The notes under the pieces are model-generated. The model was given only the letters and a program-made list of their open reading frames with translations, had not been told where the DNA came from and did not search any database. Both the position numbers and the translations under genes were made by a program. Positions 1 through 9,000 of a DNA stretch of 64,000 bases are shown here, piece by piece; position 1 is the first letter of the stretch, and every line of letters starts with the position of its first letter. Source of the DNA: Candidatus Omnitrophota bacterium (lineage in GTDB: Bacteria > Omnitrophota > Omnitrophia > Omnitrophales > Aquincolibacteriaceae); NCBI GenBank assembly GCA_016196545.1, contig JACPXM010000040.1, positions 5,263 through 69,262 of the forward strand, given 5' to 3'.

Positions 1-111
1 TTTTTGAAGCAAGCGAATTCCGGCTCGGCCTTGTAGTCTTTCAAGGGCCTGATGAAGGTAGTGTTCACGATTTCCCAAGTTGGAACCGACGGCAATATAG
101 ACTTTATTCAA
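1..111 (-). CDS. folK: 2-amino-4-hydroxy-6-hydroxymethyldihydropteridine diphosphokinase (HPPK), 5' fragment truncated by window edge
   Basis: Reverse translation from TTG at 111 gives LNKVYIAVGSNLGNREHYLHQALERLQGRAGIRLLQK. The xYIAxGSNLG motif is the HPPK N-terminal signature. The start lies 2 nt after the dapL stop. This ORF is not in the supplied track because it is truncated. Confidence 0.55.
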   Translation of the reverse strand, partial: MNKVYIAVGSNLGNREHYLHQALERLQGRAGIRLLQK

Positions 112-113
112 TT

Positions 114-1310
114 TTATTTTTTATGCGGATGCGAGTGCGTGCTTTCGATTCGGCCAATGGCTTCTTCAAGACGCGATTCACTCACTGTGAGGGAAATACG
201 GAAATAGCCTTCGCCATTCGGGCCAAAGCCGTTTCCGGGCGTCACGACCACATGAAGCTCTTTTAAAAATTTCAGCGCGAGTTCCGCGGAGGTGGATCCG
301 GGGGGAACGGGGATCCAGCAATACAGCGTTGCCTGGGGGGCATTAAAAGGCCAGTTCATTCTCTGAAATCCTTGAACCACAATGTCGCGGCGCTTTTGAT
401 AGAGTGCGAGATTCTTTCTCAGGAATTCTGCACCCTCCTCTAGGGCTTTTTTTCCGGCCAGCTGAACGGCCTGGAAAATTCCGGAATCCACATTGGATTT
501 GACTTTTGCGAGGAGGGCAAGCGCCTCGCGGTTTCCCACGGCAAAGCCCACGCGCCATCCGGTCATGTTAAACGTTTTAGAAAGCGAGTGAAATTCCACA
601 GCCACCTCCCGGGCCCCTTCCGTTTCAAGGATGCTGGGTGCCTCATAACCGTTATAAGTGATTTCGGAATACGCGGCGTCTTGCGCAATCAAAAACCCGT
701 GTTCGCGTGCAAACTCCACGGCATCCTGAAAAAAGGCCTTTGTGGCAATTGCGGCGGTGGGATTGTTGGGGTAATTCAAATAAAGAAGTTTGGCCCGTTT
801 AAGCGCCTCGGGATCGATGGCTTTTAAATCCGGAAGAAAATCGTTGGTTTCGGCAAGCGGCATAAAGGAAGGGATACCCCCCGCAAAAAGCGTCCCCGAC
901 CGATAAGGGGGATAACCCGGATCCGGAATAAGCGAAACTTCTCCCGGGTGTAAAACCGCAAGTGGGAAATGGGCTATCCCCTCCTTCGAACCAAGGAGCG
1001 GAAGAATCTCTTTTTCGGAATCAAGTCTAACTTTGAAGCGTTTTTGAAACCAGCGGCTGATCGAGTCCCGGAATTCCGGCATGCCGCTATCGAGCGCATA
1101 GCGGTGATTACGCGGGTCACGAGCACCCTGAATGAGGGCCTCGACAATGAAATCCGGGGTGGGGATATCGGGATCGCCCACACCCAGATCAATCACGTCC
1201 TTTCCCTGGTGTACGAGTTCGCGCTTGGCCTTGTCCACCTCAGCGAATAAATAAGGGGGTAGCAGCTTCAGACGGTCAGGAGCTTCCAGGGAAAAGGTTT
1301 TGCGAGCCAT
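114..1310 (-). CDS. dapL: LL-diaminopimelate aminotransferase (class I/II PLP aminotransferase)
   Basis: 398 aa. N-terminal LPPYLFAEVDKAK...DVIDLGVGDPDIPTP, NYPNNPT, and the PLP-lysine motif SLSKTFNMTGWRVG are typical of the DapL family. Confidence 0.75.
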   Translation of the reverse strand: MARKTFSLEAPDRLKLLPPYLFAEVDKAKRELVHQGKDVIDLGVGDPDIPTPDFIVEALIQGARDPRNHRYALDSGMPEFRDSISRWFQKRFKVRLDSEKEILPLLGSKEGIAHFPLAVLHPGEVSLIPDPGYPPYRSGTLFAGGIPSFMPLAETNDFLPDLKAIDPEALKRAKLLYLNYPNNPTAAIATKAFFQDAVEFAREHGFLIAQDAAYSEITYNGYEAPSILETEGAREVAVEFHSLSKTFNMTGWRVGFAVGNREALALLAKVKSNVDSGIFQAVQLAGKKALEEGAEFLRKNLALYQKRRDIVVQGFQRMNWPFNAPQATLYCWIPVPPGSTSAELALKFLKELHVVVTPGNGFGPNGEGYFRISLTVSESRLEEAIGRIESTHSHPHKK

Positions 1311-1430
1311 AAGGAAATTGAATTATATCAAAGGAAGCGCTCTTTGCAAAATCAAACCCTACCGGTCCTGCACACCGGGCGTGTAGAGGTGCGATGGGTC
1401 ATAGCGGGAACCTGGAACCGGTAAGTTTTG

Positions 1431-1625
1431 TTAGATTTGGAATGAGAAGGACGAATCGAGCATGCGAAGTTCGTAGGCTTTGAGCTTCAGGTCATCTTTG
1501 ACCAGACTAAGTCGGGTCCTTTGATAGAGTGAGTAAACATCGAGAAATTCATCGATCTTTTTTTGAATTTCACCGCGTAAGTCCGATTCGGTTTGAACAC
1601 GCAATAACAAATAGGGAGCATTCAT
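1431..1625 (-). CDS. small hypothetical protein (64 aa), third copy of a ~45-aa helical module
   Basis: The ORF starts directly after the stop of the upstream small ORF. Its sequence KIDEFLDVYSLYQRT...LRMLDSSFSF aligns with the C-terminus of the 274-aa protein. Confidence 0.4.
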   Translation of the reverse strand: MNAPYLLLRVQTESDLRGEIQKKIDEFLDVYSLYQRTRLSLVKDDLKLKAYELRMLDSSFSFQI

Positions 1626-1808
1626 TTAAAAGGCCTTTTGAAATTCATGACGAAGACTGAAACGCGGTTCCACCAAAAGGATTTCCCCCAGAAGGACCAC
1701 ACAACGTCGCTGCAAATCCTCCCGATGCGTTTCATGCCATTGGGAATAAAGTCTTAACAGCCGCCTTGCCTTGACCCTGACCCTACGCGCATTTCCTCTC
1801 ATCGCCAT
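1626..1808 (-). CDS. small hypothetical protein (~60 aa from MAMRGNARR), second copy of the same module
   Basis: ORF 1626..1892. An internal ATG at 1808 avoids most of the overlap with the upstream gene. KARRLLRLYSQWHETHRED...LLVEPRFSL resembles the upstream C-terminus. Confidence 0.35.
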   Translation of the reverse strand: MAMRGNARRVRVKARRLLRLYSQWHETHREDLQRRCVVLLGEILLVEPRFSLRHEFQKAF

Positions 1809-2607
1809 ACCCTTCCTCTCCAAAAGAAAGCTTGTTTTTATCAAAACGAAATGTCGGATCCAGCATTTCCATTTCCCTGGCCAAATATTCAATTTCCTTG
1901 GCTACCCTCGGATTACGGGTGTCAATCCATTGGGCATAGAGCGCCAGAAAATGATCCATTTTTTCTTTCACCACCATGTCCCTTTCAAAGGTCTTCATCT
2001 CATTCATAAAATGATGAAAGGCCTGATCGCGAAAGCTGGTAACAAAGCTAAAATATTCCCGGCGCACGACTTTCAAAAGCCCCTGATAGGCCTCAAAATA
2101 ATGCGAGAGTTTTTCGAGGACTTCCCCGACACCGGTACGGCGCCGGTAAATGCGCTTGTGATAGGCCGCGGCCTGATCGTAGTAAAGTTTAGCGAGTTCG
2201 GCAAAATGCTTCTGCGAGCGCTTGAAGATTTTCTGCGAAGGTCTATGATTCAAATCGTCAAAGATGGAAGAGTGAATCAACAGGTGATCCGCGTTGACCT
2301 TAAAAATAAAATAGCGAATCGTCCGGTCTTCGGTCGCCCTGACCCAACGCAGGATATCGCTGGTATCCACGGACAAATACGGCTCGGCCATTTCGCGATA
2401 TTCCGGAAGTGAAACCGCGAAAAGTAAATGCGCCATATAGATGTTGACGTCTTCATCATAGGTGTAATAGTTGGAGGGAAAATTTCCATCCTTGCGGCTT
2501 TTGATAATGGCGCCCAGAAGGTAGCGAATAGCGGAATCCCGCTCTTGTTTGGAAATATCAAAATACAAGCAATTCGATTCGGATTCGGGTTCTTCTTTCT
2601 TTGACAC
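1783..2607 (-). CDS. hypothetical protein (274 aa), no recognisable family
   Basis: Long ORF with good coding appearance. I recognise no motif. Confidence 0.6.
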   Translation of the reverse strand: MSKKEEPESESNCLYFDISKQERDSAIRYLLGAIIKSRKDGNFPSNYYTYDEDVNIYMAHLLFAVSLPEYREMAEPYLSVDTSDILRWVRATEDRTIRYFIFKVNADHLLIHSSIFDDLNHRPSQKIFKRSQKHFAELAKLYYDQAAAYHKRIYRRRTGVGEVLEKLSHYFEAYQGLLKVVRREYFSFVTSFRDQAFHHFMNEMKTFERDMVVKEKMDHFLALYAQWIDTRNPRVAKEIEYLAREMEMLDPTFRFDKNKLSFGEEGYGDERKCA

Positions 2608-2754
2608 GTGCGGGCTCCTTCCGGGTTAAAAAAGCTAATTAAAACGTAACATGTGCCCTAGAGGCTGTCAAATTTAGAAAAATCCATAAAAAGTTATCTA
2701 ACTCATTTGTTTAATTATAGTTACGATAAGATTTAATGAAAAAAATATTTTGCG

Positions 2755-3516
2755 CTAAATCGAGAGGACAGGTCTTATTTTTTCGAGGAATTGAAGACTC
2801 TTAAAGGGACGGGAATGGCGATCCGCAATAAATTGACGAATGATGCTTCGGAATGGGGCCAACCCATAGGCCGGAGTGGATTTTTTAAGGCTGATTTCAA
2901 AGTCGTGCTTCACAAAATAACGCATGCAAGCAAGGGTTTGGGCCTCAATGGGCTTGGCGTCTTGTGCCATTTTTCGGGCACAATCCTCGCACAAAAGTCC
3001 TCCCTGCCGAATCGAAAAAAACCCTTCTTCCGGGACCTGTTTTTCACAGCCGAGGCAAGCCTCCAGAAAGGGTAAAAGTCCGATTTCGCTTAAAAGGTGA
3101 ATTTCGAAAATCGCGGCAATTTTTTCAAATGAAATGGAGGCGAGGTAACGGAAAGATAAATCCAGAAGGTCAAAGATCGGCCGGTGGGGATCGTAAAATT
3201 CGGTTAACTCTTCAACAAGCTCCACGAAGTAGCTTGCGGTAGCAATTCTCCTAAGGTCCTCGCGCAACGATGCATAACTTTCCAGAAGAGAACCCTCAGA
3301 AACGAGATGCAAATCGGATTTTAGTTTTTCGTAATAAATAATTTCAACCCGGCTGAAAAGCTCATAAAGGGATCCGCGCATTTCACCTTCCTGACGGACT
3401 CCTTTGACAATGCCTTTTATTTTTCCAAACTCGCGCGTGTAAAACGTCACAATCAGTGAGGTGGACCGAAACGGCATCGTCTTCAGGACAATCGCCTCTG
3501 TCTTTTGTATGGCCAC
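2755..3516 (-). CDS. recO: DNA repair protein RecO
   Basis: 253 aa. It has the N-terminal OB-fold pattern (TEAIVLKTMPFRSTSLIVTFYTREFGKIKG) and a C-terminal CxxC...CxxC zinc motif (CLGCEK...CEDC). Confidence 0.85.
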   Translation of the reverse strand: MAIQKTEAIVLKTMPFRSTSLIVTFYTREFGKIKGIVKGVRQEGEMRGSLYELFSRVEIIYYEKLKSDLHLVSEGSLLESYASLREDLRRIATASYFVELVEELTEFYDPHRPIFDLLDLSFRYLASISFEKIAAIFEIHLLSEIGLLPFLEACLGCEKQVPEEGFFSIRQGGLLCEDCARKMAQDAKPIEAQTLACMRYFVKHDFEISLKKSTPAYGLAPFRSIIRQFIADRHSRPFKSLQFLEKIRPVLSI

Positions 3517-3624
3517 TTCTCTCTCCTTAACAATCTCTCATTCTTAGTACGATATTCGCCAAATACGTGTGTCATCCTGAGTCACGCCACAGGCGGGACA
3601 CAGAAGGACACTTTATTTAAAGGA

Positions 3625-4053
3625 TCACTTGAATAAAAAACTTTTTAGGATTTCTTCTTGTTTTCGCCACATGCGCCGGCGACCTGCCGCTCGGGAGTCA
3701 TCCCAACCCAGGATGTGAAGAATTCCGTGGCAGACATAAAAACAGAGCTCGTAAAAAAATGGATTCCCATAATGGGCAGCCTGTCTTTGCGTGGTGTCGA
3801 GTGAAATCACAATGTCCCCTTGAAGCCCACCCCGATACTCCCCCCACGTGATCACGTCCGTCACACGGTCATGTTTTAAAAAACGGCGGTTCAACATGCG
3901 GATTTTTTCGTCTCCCACCAAGACTAAATTGAGGGACGCTTTATGAATCCCGAGCGAACGCAAAATTTTGGCCGTGCTTTTCTTTAATTTGGAGCAAGAC
4001 ACTTTGAAGCGACGCGTTCTTAAAATTACTTCGATCGAAACCGGATCTGCCAC
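3625..4053 (-). CDS. ybeY: rRNA maturation endoribonuclease YbeY
   Basis: 142 aa with the HGILHILGWDD metal-binding motif characteristic of YbeY. Confidence 0.9.
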   Translation of the reverse strand: MADPVSIEVILRTRRFKVSCSKLKKSTAKILRSLGIHKASLNLVLVGDEKIRMLNRRFLKHDRVTDVITWGEYRGGLQGDIVISLDTTQRQAAHYGNPFFYELCFYVCHGILHILGWDDSRAAGRRRMWRKQEEILKSFLFK

Positions 4054-4060
4054 TGCGATG

Positions 4061-6280
4061 TCACTTTATTGGACGAAAAGATTTTCCGGAGGTTTTCGCT
4101 TGGGGCGCAGCACGAAAAAGATCCATATATTCGGGATTTTCCAACAAGTCGGGGTAACTGACTCGGGTATGAAAAATCGCCATGAGATTATGGACAAAGC
4201 TTTCCTGAATGCGGTGAAGATCACGCAGCGTCAGATCGCATTCATCCAGCTGGCCGTCAATGAATTTATCATTGATAATTTTTCGCACCAGCTGCCGAAT
4301 CCCTTCGGCTGTGGGATGCTTCAAAGATCTCGAGGCCCCTTCCACGGAATCCGCGAGCATTGCGACAGCTGTTTCGCGGGATTGGGGCTTAGGCCCCGGA
4401 TAACGGTAATCTTCGGGGTTGATCCGCTCACCGGGTGAGGCTCGGTCCATCGCCTTTTTATAAAAAAAGTAAATAATCCCCGTACCATGATGCTCGGGGA
4501 TAAAGCGGAGAATATGCTCCTTTAATTTGTGCTGGCGGCCGAGTTCGACGCCCTCTTTGACGTGATTCATAATCACAAGGGAACTTGCAACTGGCGGAAG
4601 CTTTTCATGCTGGGTATCCGCCTGATTGAGCATATTTTCCGTAAAATACTGCGACTTTGCGATTTTACCAATGTCGTGGAAATAACATCCCACGCGGGCC
4701 ATAAGCGCGTTGGCCCCGACAACCTGGCACGCTGATTCAGCCAGTGTGCTCACCACGAGGCTGTGATGATAGGTTCCCGGAGCCTCCACGATCATGCGCT
4801 TTAAAAGCGGGTGATTCAAATCGGAGAGCTCGAGCAACGTAATATCCGTCACAAGATTAAAGACCCATTCCAGAAGGGGCAACAAAAGAAAGGAAAGCGT
4901 CATAACCAGCATCCCGTTGGCAAGCCCCCAGGCGCTGCGATGGAGGGAATCCAAAAGCGAATTTTCCTGTAAAAATTGAAAGGAAAAAACCACAAAAAAA
5001 TACGTCAGTCCGGTAATCAACCCCACCCGCAAAAAATGGATTCTCTTACGCAAACGTGTCCCGACAAACGTGGCGGAAAATCCGGAAAGGAGCGACGCCA
5101 AAATTATTTCGGCCGAAAAATGAACTAAGGGGGCTACAAGCACGGAGGCTGCCAAAGCGCTTAGAAGCCCAAGACGGATATGTGCCAGAAGTACCACCAA
5201 AAGCGGGGCCAAGGCCACAGGCATAGCGTAACCGGGCAGCCAAAGCGAAAAAATTTTCGAAAGTCCTATCGTGATCAAAAAAATGCTGTGAACCAAAGCA
5301 ACATTTTTTGAAGAAGCAAGCGTTTTTTTATCGAAATAAAGGAAATAGCTGAAAACCAAAAGATAGATTAGAAAAACCAGAATCCCAATCCCAATGACTT
5401 TGTTCATGGCCTGCTTTTTGGCAAGCATCTTTTGAATCTCGTCGATTTTTTCTTTCTCCTCGGCGGATAAAAGTTCACCGCGCTGGACCACGAGCTCCCC
5501 TTTTTTTATCATTCCTTCCAGAGGTTTCACGGATTCTTCTGCTTTCTTACGCAGTTCCAGGGTCCGAGGCTCGTCATACCTCATGTTCGCGGAAAAAACC
5601 GCGTTGAAAATGTCAAGTGTGGTGCTGCGAAACCCCTTGTGCTTCGCAAAGGAGGCGGGAATTTTCCGAACCGCGGATTCCCGTACGGCACTCGTCGAAA
5701 GGATGTCCGAAAAGGCAGTCGCACGCTCTCCTTTCGGTTCCGGGTATATCAAAGTCAGTATTTTGACGCCGGATTTTTCAAGCTCCTTCTTTTTTTCATC
5801 CTCCATCACTCCGGATTCAAGCCCCGAGGCCATCAGTTCCAGCACCTGTTCTTTGACGGCATCCAGATGCTCGTCTTTTTCAATCCATGCGAGCGCAGCA
5901 TCCGAAACGGGAAGGCTGACCGGCATAGGAATTTTCTTTTTACGGCTTTGGATTTCATAGAAAAGGCGGCTGATCTTTAAGGCCGTCTGTTCCAAAAAGG
6001 GATCTTTGACTTGATAAACCGGTGGTAGGGCCTGGCTCTTTTCCTTGCGAAGCCGCCGGGTCTCCTGCTCTTTAACGTAACTGAGGGAAAAGGGGGAAAA
6101 AAGGGTGCGCGGGGCGGGATCCCCGACGGTCAATTCCTGGCGCATCCCCTGATTTTCGGAATCAAAAACCAGAATCGTCGTAACCGCAGCCCAGGATAAA
6201 ATAAAGAGGGCGATTGAGACGATCCACCCAATTTTCGTCATCTTCTTAGGATGAATGTTTGTTCGGAATTTTTCGCTCAT
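4061..6280 (-). CDS. 7TM-receptor HD/HDIG-domain phosphohydrolase (PgpH-like)
   Basis: Extracellular domain, then a multi-TM block, then an HD domain (YHHSLVVSTLAE...YFHDIGK...PEHHGT). The track ORF extends to 6376 but that start lies deep inside phoH. Likely starts are ATG 6280 (MSEKF) or ATG 6241 (MTKIGW). Confidence 0.8.
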   Translation of the reverse strand: MSEKFRTNIHPKKMTKIGWIVSIALFILSWAAVTTILVFDSENQGMRQELTVGDPAPRTLFSPFSLSYVKEQETRRLRKEKSQALPPVYQVKDPFLEQTALKISRLFYEIQSRKKKIPMPVSLPVSDAALAWIEKDEHLDAVKEQVLELMASGLESGVMEDEKKKELEKSGVKILTLIYPEPKGERATAFSDILSTSAVRESAVRKIPASFAKHKGFRSTTLDIFNAVFSANMRYDEPRTLELRKKAEESVKPLEGMIKKGELVVQRGELLSAEEKEKIDEIQKMLAKKQAMNKVIGIGILVFLIYLLVFSYFLYFDKKTLASSKNVALVHSIFLITIGLSKIFSLWLPGYAMPVALAPLLVVLLAHIRLGLLSALAASVLVAPLVHFSAEIILASLLSGFSATFVGTRLRKRIHFLRVGLITGLTYFFVVFSFQFLQENSLLDSLHRSAWGLANGMLVMTLSFLLLPLLEWVFNLVTDITLLELSDLNHPLLKRMIVEAPGTYHHSLVVSTLAESACQVVGANALMARVGCYFHDIGKIAKSQYFTENMLNQADTQHEKLPPVASSLVIMNHVKEGVELGRQHKLKEHILRFIPEHHGTGIIYFFYKKAMDRASPGERINPEDYRYPGPKPQSRETAVAMLADSVEGASRSLKHPTAEGIRQLVRKIINDKFIDGQLDECDLTLRDLHRIQESFVHNLMAIFHTRVSYPDLLENPEYMDLFRAAPQAKTSGKSFRPIK

Positions 6281-7217
6281 ACTTTTCGTACGCCTTAATG
6301 ATCTCCTGCACGAGAGGATGACGCACCACATCCGTATCGTCCAAATAACAGAAGCGCACCCCTTTAATATCGGCAAGGACGGTCTGTACTTCCACCAGGC
6401 CTGATTTTTTGCCCACGGGCAAATCGATTTGGGTGATATCGCCCGTCACCACGGCCTTCGAGGAAGCGCCCAGGCGGGTCAAGAGCATTTTAATTTGGGC
6501 GTGCGTGCAGTTTTGGCCTTCATCCACAATCAAAAAACAATCATTGAGCGTGCGGCCCCGCATGTAGGCAATGGGCGCGATTTCGATCAATCCCCGCTCC
6601 AGAAGCTTGGACACTTCTTCGCCTTCCATCATATCGTAAAGCGCATCATAGAGAGGCCTTAAATACGGGTCTACCTTTTCATGAAGGGAGCCCGGCAAAA
6701 ACCCGAGGCTTTCCCCGGCCTCCACGGCAGGGCGCGTCAAAATAATTCTCGAAACAATTTTCTTTTTCAGAAGGTCAATTCCCGCAGCAACGGCCAAATA
6801 GGTTTTTCCCGTTCCGGCGGGGCCGATGGAAAAAACGATGTCGCGGTCGCGAATCGCCTCGAGATATTTTTCCTGGTTTTTGCTGATGGGCCGAATCATT
6901 TTCCCACGGTGAAAAAAGCTGATGGCCGATTCATAAACACTTTTCGGGGGATGACCGGACACATCGGCGTGCGCGGTGGGAAGCAGCGAAGCACGAAGAC
7001 TTTGACCCGAAAAGCCGCCGCGAATTTCACTTAGGCGTGCTTGAAAAAAACGGAGGGCCTTCTCCACATTGCTTTTGTCACCCGTAATTTTGAGGCGAAA
7101 ATTCCTTGCGGCGATGTGAACGCGGTACTCTTTTTCTGCGTAGCGGAGATTTTCATCCAGGCTGCCGTAAAGCGCGATGGCCTCTTCGGTCGAATTTAAC
7201 TTTAAAATCTTTTCCAA
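6246..7217 (-). CDS. phoH: PhoH-family ATPase
   Basis: Walker A motif GPAGTGKTYLAVA, the conserved PhoH C-terminal region, and the usual phoH / 7TM-HD / ybeY neighbourhood. Confidence 0.9.
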   Translation of the reverse strand: MEKILKLNSTEEAIALYGSLDENLRYAEKEYRVHIAARNFRLKITGDKSNVEKALRFFQARLSEIRGGFSGQSLRASLLPTAHADVSGHPPKSVYESAISFFHRGKMIRPISKNQEKYLEAIRDRDIVFSIGPAGTGKTYLAVAAGIDLLKKKIVSRIILTRPAVEAGESLGFLPGSLHEKVDPYLRPLYDALYDMMEGEEVSKLLERGLIEIAPIAYMRGRTLNDCFLIVDEGQNCTHAQIKMLLTRLGASSKAVVTGDITQIDLPVGKKSGLVEVQTVLADIKGVRFCYLDDTDVVRHPLVQEIIKAYEKYERKIPNKHSS

Positions 7218-7236
7218 GGAATGGCTCCTCTCACCT

Positions 7237-9000
7237 TTAAGCTTTCAAATGGATATACAATTCCTTCAATTGTTTTGCACTCACAGCCGCCGGGGCTTCT
7301 GTCATGAGGCACGTCCCCTTTTGCGTCTTGGGAAATGCAATCACCTCACGAATGGATTCGCGTCCCAAAAGAAGCGTCACAAGGCGGTCCAGGCCCAGCG
7401 CGATTCCCCCGTGCGGCGGCGCACCATAGCTTAGAGCCTTTAAAAGAAAACCAAACTTATTTTCCGCCTCCTCGGGACCTATTCCGAGCACGCGAAACAC
7501 CTTTTCCTGAATTTCCTGGCGGTGAATACGAATGCTTCCGCCGCCGATTTCCGTGCCGTTTAACACCAGGTCATAGGCACGGGCCCTAACCTTCGCCGGC
7601 TCGGATTCCAAGAACTGAAGGTCTTCGAGTTTTGGTGAGGTAAAAGGATGGTGCATGGCCTGAAAGCGTTTTTCTTCTTCATTCCATTCCAGCATTGGAA
7701 AATCTTTGACCCACAAAATTTCAAATTTTCCGGGCGGAATAACTTTGAATTTTTCCGCCAAATGACAACGCAAGGCCCCGAGCGACACCGCTGAAACATG
7801 GGGGTCGCTTGCAACCATAAAAAGGACATTACCTGCTTTGGAGCGGGTTTGGGTCGTCAGCTTTTGAAGACACGCTGCGTCAAAAAATTTTGCAATCGGA
7901 GAATCGACCTCGGAGGGCCCTTTGACTTTCATCCAGGCAAGGCCTTTGGCGCCGAAATCCCCAATCCATTGCGTCAGCTCGTCAAAATCCTTTCGGGAAA
8001 GGTCCATGCCCGCAGGAAGGGGCACCGCGAGGGCGCGGATCTTTCCTTTTTTGGCAAGGCATTCCTCAAAAATTTTAAACCCGCTCCCCTGAAAAATTTC
8101 ACTTACATCGCAGAGTTCCCAACCAAAGCGAAGGTCCGGCTTGTCGGAGCCGTAGCGATCCATCGCTTCGTCATAGCTCATTCGTTTGAAGGGGCGCGTA
8201 AGCTTGACCTTTAAAGTCTTTTCCATAATTTCACCGACCATGCCCTCGACAAGCCGCATCACATCTTCTTCCTCGACAAAGGACATTTCGATGTCAATTT
8301 GCGTATGTTCGGGTTGACGGTCACTCCGGAGGTCTTCATCGCGAAAACAGCGCGCAAGCTGAAAATAGCGGTCGTAGCCGGCAACCATCAAAAGCTGCTT
8401 AAAAAGCTGAGGCGATTGGGGCAGCGCGTAAAAAGTCCCCGGCGTCAGGCGCGACGGAACCAAAAAATCGCGCGCGCCCTCAGGGGTGCTGCGCGTGAGG
8501 TAAGGAGTTTCGATTTCAAGAAACCATTCACGGTCCAAATAATCACGTGCGATTTTAGAGACGCGGTTGCGAAAACTAAGCGCTTCTACCATCTCGCGGC
8601 GGCGTAAATCGATATAACGGTATTTCAGACGCAGCTCTTCGTTTACGGATTTCTCGCCGATTTCAAAAGGCGGGGTAGGGCTCGTATTTAAGATTTCCAA
8701 AGAATCGACGATGATTTCGATTTCCCCAGTGGGAATTTTTTGATTGACCGTTCCTTCGGGCCGACGGCGCACTTTTCCCTTGATTTGAATTACAAATTCC
8801 GTGCGCAAGTCCTTGGCCTTGGCATGCGTTGCACTATTGTGTTTGGCATCAAAAACAATTTGAGTCACACCCCAGCGGTCACGTAAATCGACGAAGGTAA
8901 GTTCGCCATGGTCACGGCGCGTGTTCACCCAGCCCGCCAGCGTGACTTCCCGATCCACGGTACGTGAATTGAGTTCCCCGCAATTGGCCGTGCGCATCAT
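7237..9000 (-). CDS. aspS: aspartate--tRNA ligase
   Basis: 587 aa. It has the N-terminal anticodon-binding OB fold and class II motifs (FRDEDLRSDRQPEHTQID, GGGSIRIH, GGIALGLDR). Confidence 0.95.
   Translation of the reverse strand: MMRTANCGELNSRTVDREVTLAGWVNTRRDHGELTFVDLRDRWGVTQIVFDAKHNSATHAKAKDLRTEFVIQIKGKVRRRPEGTVNQKIPTGEIEIIVDSLEILNTSPTPPFEIGEKSVNEELRLKYRYIDLRRREMVEALSFRNRVSKIARDYLDREWFLEIETPYLTRSTPEGARDFLVPSRLTPGTFYALPQSPQLFKQLLMVAGYDRYFQLARCFRDEDLRSDRQPEHTQIDIEMSFVEEEDVMRLVEGMVGEIMEKTLKVKLTRPFKRMSYDEAMDRYGSDKPDLRFGWELCDVSEIFQGSGFKIFEECLAKKGKIRALAVPLPAGMDLSRKDFDELTQWIGDFGAKGLAWMKVKGPSEVDSPIAKFFDAACLQKLTTQTRSKAGNVLFMVASDPHVSAVSLGALRCHLAEKFKVIPPGKFEILWVKDFPMLEWNEEEKRFQAMHHPFTSPKLEDLQFLESEPAKVRARAYDLVLNGTEIGGGSIRIHRQEIQEKVFRVLGIGPEEAENKFGFLLKALSYGAPPHGGIALGLDRLVTLLLGRESIREVIAFPKTQKGTCLMTEAPAAVSAKQLKELYIHLKA

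Noticed and set aside
3549-3558. TTCTTAGTAC in the recO upstream region, which matches the reverse complement of the GTACTAAGAA(A) box next to the repeat array at 30599.
   Set aside because: Its orientation relative to the downstream gene is opposite to the other two loci and there is no adjacent GGGAGT array. A 10-mer match at this window size is compatible with chance.
4061-6376. Full-length 771-aa version of the 7TM-HD ORF.
   Set aside because: The first ~32 codons overlap phoH by 131 nt and encode an implausible Cys/Trp/Arg-rich peptide. The internal starts at 6280 or 6241 fit the gene packing.
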